NCBI GenBank assembly: GCA_964016885.1
Contig: OZ024745.1
Location: 14,942,001 to 15,006,000 of the forward strand
Direction: 5' to 3'
Source: Eledone cirrhosa
Taxonomy: Eukaryota
Length of the DNA stretch: 64,000 bases
Of the stretch, positions 58,102 to 64,000 are shown piece by piece. The number at the start of each line of letters is the position of its first letter. The stretch's first letter is position 1. The position numbers and the translations under genes are program-made. The notes beneath the pieces were generated by a model. The model worked only from the letters and a program-made list of their open reading frames with translations, ran no database searches and was not told the origin of the DNA.

Positions 58102-59570
58102 ATATTTATATACACATGTATATGTGTTTGATTGCCTATATATAATAATATACTTGCTGTCATTTCGATTTCGCGTGTGATCATGTCACTCTTGCCAGTC
58201 CCTTTTACCTTTCATGAACCACAAATTAACTCACCGGGACCGATATATAGCTACATCGACCGAAAGTCTGTACAATTACTAATATTTCTAATTTCCCAAA
58301 TTGGCTTCTGTTATGACCATGAGGAATTCAGAAAACACGTTGCCTCTTGAACACTAACCATACAAGTACTACAACTACTAAGACATCATTAACTGTTCTT
58401 TAGTGTTATGACAGACAAACATATGAAATATCAAACAAAAACTATTAGAATATATTTCGAGAAACAAACTCAATAAATTCTGATATTCTTACATCACACG
58501 TAGTGCTTAAATATTTGTTATTTAAATTTTCAATTTTAAAGAGTTTATGTTTTACAACTTGAAATTATCTATTTGATGTCTACTAGCTGAAAATAGAAAA
58601 TATATTACAATCCCACTAAACTAATGTTCTTTCATTTATTAAATTAGACAATATCATTTTTAACTGTATTTGGTAAACTTTCTTGTCTCTCTACAGCTTT
58701 TTAAACGTCGCAACTTCTCATATTAGTCTTGGAATTTCACACTAAATTAGGCGTTAATGAATGGTGAAATTTCTCCTGAGAATATTAAAGTTAGAATCAT
58801 TCGCAAAAGATAAATTTCCCATGATGACACGATTGAAACTAAACTTGCAAGTTTAATATTTGTCCATATGAAGTTTTCTATGGGAAATACGTCGGCACGC
58901 ATTAGCATCAGATGATGTACGACAGAATTGAAGTTTTCCTTGGAATAATTCATGGAAAATGATGATGAAACCCAGAATTATAATGATAATAACAGATCAT
59001 TCATCGTTACAGTAACCTGAGAATGCATAGATGAACAGACAACTTTTAGATAATTATTTAGTTGATGTGAAATGATATCTTCAGTCTTGCCAAAACTGTA
59101 ATTATAATAACTGCGATAGGGTTGTATTTAGGGCAATTTGATACGACATGTTTACTTGTGTACAATTAAGTACCGATATTAAGATGTCTTCTATATATTA
59201 TATAATTGGTTCATACTTTTATTGATTGGAATTTATTGAAGGTAGCAAAACGAGTAAACTAGTCATTTGTCTCTATGTGAATGTCTAGAAAATGACGTCA
59301 AAATAAGAGTACATTAATGTAGTATTCTTGTGCGCTGTACAACTGTATCGCTGATATTATATAGTTGTCGAAATCTCATTTAGTATGTTAAAGTTTACTC
59401 AGCTGTAGAAATGAGATGCGACGTCACTGATGCCAAGCTGTATCGGCCATTGACTTTCTCTTTGACAACATTGGTGGCGTAGATGTTTATTCAAGTGTGG
59501 CGAGCCGCAAATATTCTCGCCATTAGAAAAAGCAAAATGAAAGCTTCATCTTCGTAAGAGATATGATGCA

Positions 59571-59757
59571 AGAAGAAGAAGAAGAAGAAGAAGAAGAAGA
59601 AGAAGAAGAAGAAGAAGAAGAAGAAGAAGAAGAAGAAGAAGAAAAAGAAGAAGAAGAAGAAGAAGAAGAAGAAGAAGAAGAAGAAGAAGAAGAAGAAGAA
59701 GAAGAAGAAGAAGAAGAAGAAGAAGAAGAAGAAGAAGAAGAAGAAGAAGAAGAAGAA
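59571..59757. repeat. (GAA)n microsatellite
   Basis: About 62 units; source of the poly-E and poly-S ORFs. Confidence 0.97.
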
Positions 59758-60024
59758 CCTATTTTAACTGTCGTCTCAGCAGAGCATTTTGGAGAATGTC
59801 TTCTTAGTTGTTTGCATTCCTTGGTTACCGAAACTACAAACAACCACTAATTATGAACAACAAATACATTGAATATGTGTGCATGTATGTATGTATATAC
59901 ATACTACTGTACATCTGTGTATATATATGTATGTACGTATACATACTTATATTTAAGTATCAGCCGTACTAAGAGTGAGAAATGATTCTGTTCATTAAAT
60001 TTAAAATAAATTCTACGTAGATAA

Positions 60025-60720
60025 GGCAGCAAATTGGCAGTCGTTGGAATGTCAGATAGAATGCTTTGCGGTATTTCTTTCCGCTCTCTGCTCTCAGAGT
60101 CCAAATCCCGCCGAGGTTAATAAAAAAGTACCAGTTTAGTACTGGGGTCAATTTTTCCTTTGTATATCTTTCTCCCTTTCTGTCTTTCTTTAGAAGAAAA
60201 TCTGCTCAATTCAGACCTGAAGAGGAGATGGGTTCTGTCAGGTTTAAAATGTCCATGAAACGCCGTAATCTCCAACAGTACGCTTACGACTCCATCAAGA
60301 AGTACGGGACCATGCAATACAATACATAGAGTTCAATGTAATCCAATGTGATGCACAGATCATAACACGTATCTATCATAATTGTTGTATGCATGGTCCC
60401 GTAACTTTTGAGGGAGTCGTAGGGATGCCGTATTGACATACAGCGTTTCTAGAGCACTTTTAAACCTGGCGGAGCCCATCTCCTCTCCATGTCTGAATAC
60501 AGAGGATTTCTTCCAGAGAAAGATAGATAATTAAGACATGGAAATGAGAAAGAGATATAGAGGAAGAATCCATCCAAGTACTAAACTGGTACTTTTTGTA
60601 TCGACCTTGAACGGATGAAAGGCGAAGTTAACCGCGGTTTGAACTCAGGGAGTAGAAAATCAAACCGAATACCGCAAAGCATTCTATCGAATGTTCAAAC
60701 GACATTGCCAATTCGCCGCC
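60025..60720. repeat. Tail-to-tail inverted pair of SINE+extension repeats (~700-bp imperfect palindrome)
   Basis: 60025-60325 is a diverged reverse complement of 60385-60720. Confidence 0.8.
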
Positions 60721-61044
60721 GATCAATTATTAAGCAAGTATACAGTTATGCAAATATCCAATAATGCTCATCTAACACGGTATGAAACAATTGTGGCACC
60801 TTAAAATTAATAAATGTTTCAATTCCTATAAAACTGCATCAGACTAAAGCGTAAGAGTCTGGACATGTCAACACACAAAATACTACTATTTGAATTTACA
60901 ATGAAGATATGGTCAAACAACAACCACTTAACAATTAACATAAACCTAATACAAATAAAGGTGATCAATTTTCACATGTTTTGAAAAATGATAAATATCT
61001 TTATTTATATCGTATTTTCCCGTCTATATAATGGTTTCTTATAT

Positions 61045-61195
61045 AGGCACATGGCCAGCAATTTTGGGGGAGAGGAAGTCGATTAAATCGATCTCAGTGC
61101 GTGACTGGTACTTTATTTTATCGACCCCGTAAGGATGAAAGGCAAGGTTAACCTCGGCGGGATTTGAACTCAAATCATAAAGAGCCGTAAACGCG
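61045..61195 (-). mobile_element. SINE (tttgcctttcatcc family)
   Basis: Reverse complement of the recurrent SINE core. Confidence 0.8.
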
Positions 61196-61387
61196 TCTAT
61201 ATAAGTGTGTATATTTATATATAACTTTACACAGTTTTGATAAATATAGAAAGATAAAACTTTATCATATATTTCGGCGGCATTGCGCACAAATTAACAC
61301 AGACACATACACAAACCCATACACACATATGTATATATATATGCATCTCTCTGTTGATATATACATACATATATATATATATATGTA

Positions 61388-61517
<130 letters not shown>

Positions 61518-61522
61518 CATAC

Positions 61523-61555
<33 letters not shown>

Positions 61556-61571
61556 CATACATATATATATT

Positions 61572-61701
<130 letters not shown>

Positions 61702-62176
61702 TGTATATATATATGTGTGTATCTATGTATGTACACGCACACACATGCAAAGATATAAATATATATTATATAGAGAGGGAAACGGTGTGTATGTGTATGC
61801 GCGCTGGTATAGATATATATATATGTATGTGTGTGTGTGTGTGTGTGTGTATGTGTGTGTGTATTTTTTAAGTATATTCGCACATTTCTGCAACTGGATG
61901 TGTGAATGTAATTAAACATAAATAAAGAATGAAGATAATTTTCAAGTAATGAGAAAAAGTTTTCATTTATTAATACCTATCTTGATATTGTATATACAAC
62001 ATTAAAAACTACACATGAATAACACAGATAAACCGACAGACATACACGGAAACATATACGTCTGTGTGGCGCAGGAGTTGGCTTTGTAACCAAACGAAGT
62101 TATGTGCTTTATCTTATGGGTTGTACCAATGTATTAAGAATGGAATTTAGCAGATGACGATTGTAGAAGTCCGTAT

Positions 62177-62222
<46 letters not shown>

Positions 62223-62384
62223 GTGTGTATGTATGTATTTATGTTACTCTTTCTCTTAATTTCCAATACATATTTGACCAGCCGCCTTCCTGGTGGCAAG
62301 GTTGTAAAAGGTGCCAATTTTGAAGGTGCCAGCCTTCGCAGCCATTTGTAGTCTATGAATTAGGGAGCTGCGCTCTTTGTCCAC

Positions 62385-62830
62385 TAATCCAAATCAGTTA
62401 TACTTTGGTCCAAGCGGGTTGGTATATAACCTGCAGCTCCAATAATGATGGGTATGAAGCTGAAGGTCTATCTTGGATACTGGATCTGCAAACTCATCAT
62501 CAATGGTCTGTAGATGTCCTCCTTCTCTTGTATTTTTCGTACAACGTTGATCAAGTGGGCAGCTGATCTCTACAACAGAACACGTTTTCAATATGTGGTC
62601 CCAAACAACAATATCAGGCCGGTTGTGTTTTAATTTGGTGGAAGTTTTTATTTTCATGTTCCACCAGTATTCCTTAGTGCCATCTATCTCAACATATTTC
62701 TCCTCATTTATTTTAAATCTTGTTTTCCTAATTGCGCTCCAGATAGTTCTAGCTATCACATCGTGTCTCATGGGGGGTGGTAGCGAGACGACATCCTTCC
62801 GCAGTTGGCAACAATGGGGCTAACATCTTC
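62385..62830 (-). mobile_element. R4-type RLE endonuclease fragment
   Basis: RHD, EYWWN, HNRPDIVVWD..CSVVEISCP motifs. Confidence 0.82.
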
Positions 62831-62899
62831 GATCTTTGTTTTACTGAGCAAGCGGATGAAGGAGAGAGTGTGCGTGTGTGAGAGAGAGAATAAATCAGC

Positions 62900-63021
<122 letters not shown>

Positions 63022-63372
63022 AATAAATCAACTGTGTTCTGACCTGGCGAGAGACATGCTCCGCCAGGATTAACTCATCAAGTATGTATATCCCAAGTAC
63101 CATGTACCATTAGTATATCACCACCATATAACATGACGGCACCACTACGACTCCACCAGGATTTCAGATCTAATAGCTAAATACAATCTCGATATACAAT
63201 ATATTCCATGCAAATATTCATCTATAGATTACGTGTACTGAAACAAACATGCATTGCAGTAATACTGTGTGGTAGATTGGAAATGTCCTTGCGAATAATA
63301 GTGACTTAATGTCCTGTATGTTTTTCTTCACACAAGTGAAATAATATAAATGAAGCAATAGAAATACATTTA

Positions 63373-63470
63373 CATAAACCTGTCTACGTGTATCTGTATA
63401 TGTTACATACGCCCGTCTACGTGTATCTGTATATGTTACATACGCCCGTCTACGTGTACCTGTATATGTT
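63373..63470. repeat. 33-bp tandem repeat x3
   Basis: catacgcccgtctacgtgtatctgtatatgtta units. Confidence 0.9.
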
Positions 63471-63841
63471 TGTTGTGTTTTCGGCTTTGTCCGTAAGCTA
63501 GCTTTTCTTTTGCTTTTATTGGTTGCAATCATTAGACTGTGGTAATGGTATGGCAGCGCCCTTTCTTAATCGATCATATCGAACCCAATACATGTTTTGC
63601 CATTTTTCCGAGCCTGTTACGTGACATAAACACAGACGCTGCCTTCCTCACGAATGACCATTGGATTTGCACTTTGAAAGTTCCCATCCGAAGCACAAGA
63701 TAGGGCAAAGTTTTTGTGCAAGACCAGCCCAGCTGTCTCTACATGCCACTGATGTTATACAAGGGAAAAGCAAAAGTCGAAACAGGTTGACACCAGTGAC
63801 GTCCTAACGCATTTCTGCAATTGAGTATACTGGCGTAATAT

Positions 63842-63926
<85 letters not shown>

Positions 63927-64000
63927 AGGTGCATTATTGGTTGTGTAAAATGGTCCAATAACTTTATGTTAGCAATATTAAGTTCGCCACGCTTTTGTAT

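Noticed and set aside
58747-59150. Possible exon in unique sequence
   Set aside because: No frame gave a recognisable peptide with consistent splice sites.

Overview
AT-rich, extremely microsatellite-dense eukaryotic DNA with no recognisable host gene. The SINE families and repeat density suggest an octopus or other cephalopod genome (inference). Almost all complex sequence is transposon-derived. It includes a near-intact full-length L1/Tx1-clade LINE sitting in an (ATT)n tract, plus a 611-bp internally deleted derivative of it. There is a decayed full-length R4/Dong-type RLE retrotransposon with a tandem 3' copy and three more fragments. Four Penelope-like (RT + GIY-YIG, Neptune-type) copies or fragments, two Helitrons, mariner, Tc1 and CRE remnants, many SINEs and several minisatellites are also present. 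The most striking unexplained structure is a set of non-coding inserts in (TA)n tracts sharing one architecture: a 40-80 bp unique tail plus a fold-back inverted repeat. At least seven well-formed type I hammerhead ribozyme motifs accompany them, including a CAGAAGA core variant seen twice and a 636-bp retrozyme-like unit. Most ORFs in the supplied track are microsatellite artefacts. All alignments and folds were done by eye, so boundaries are approximate.
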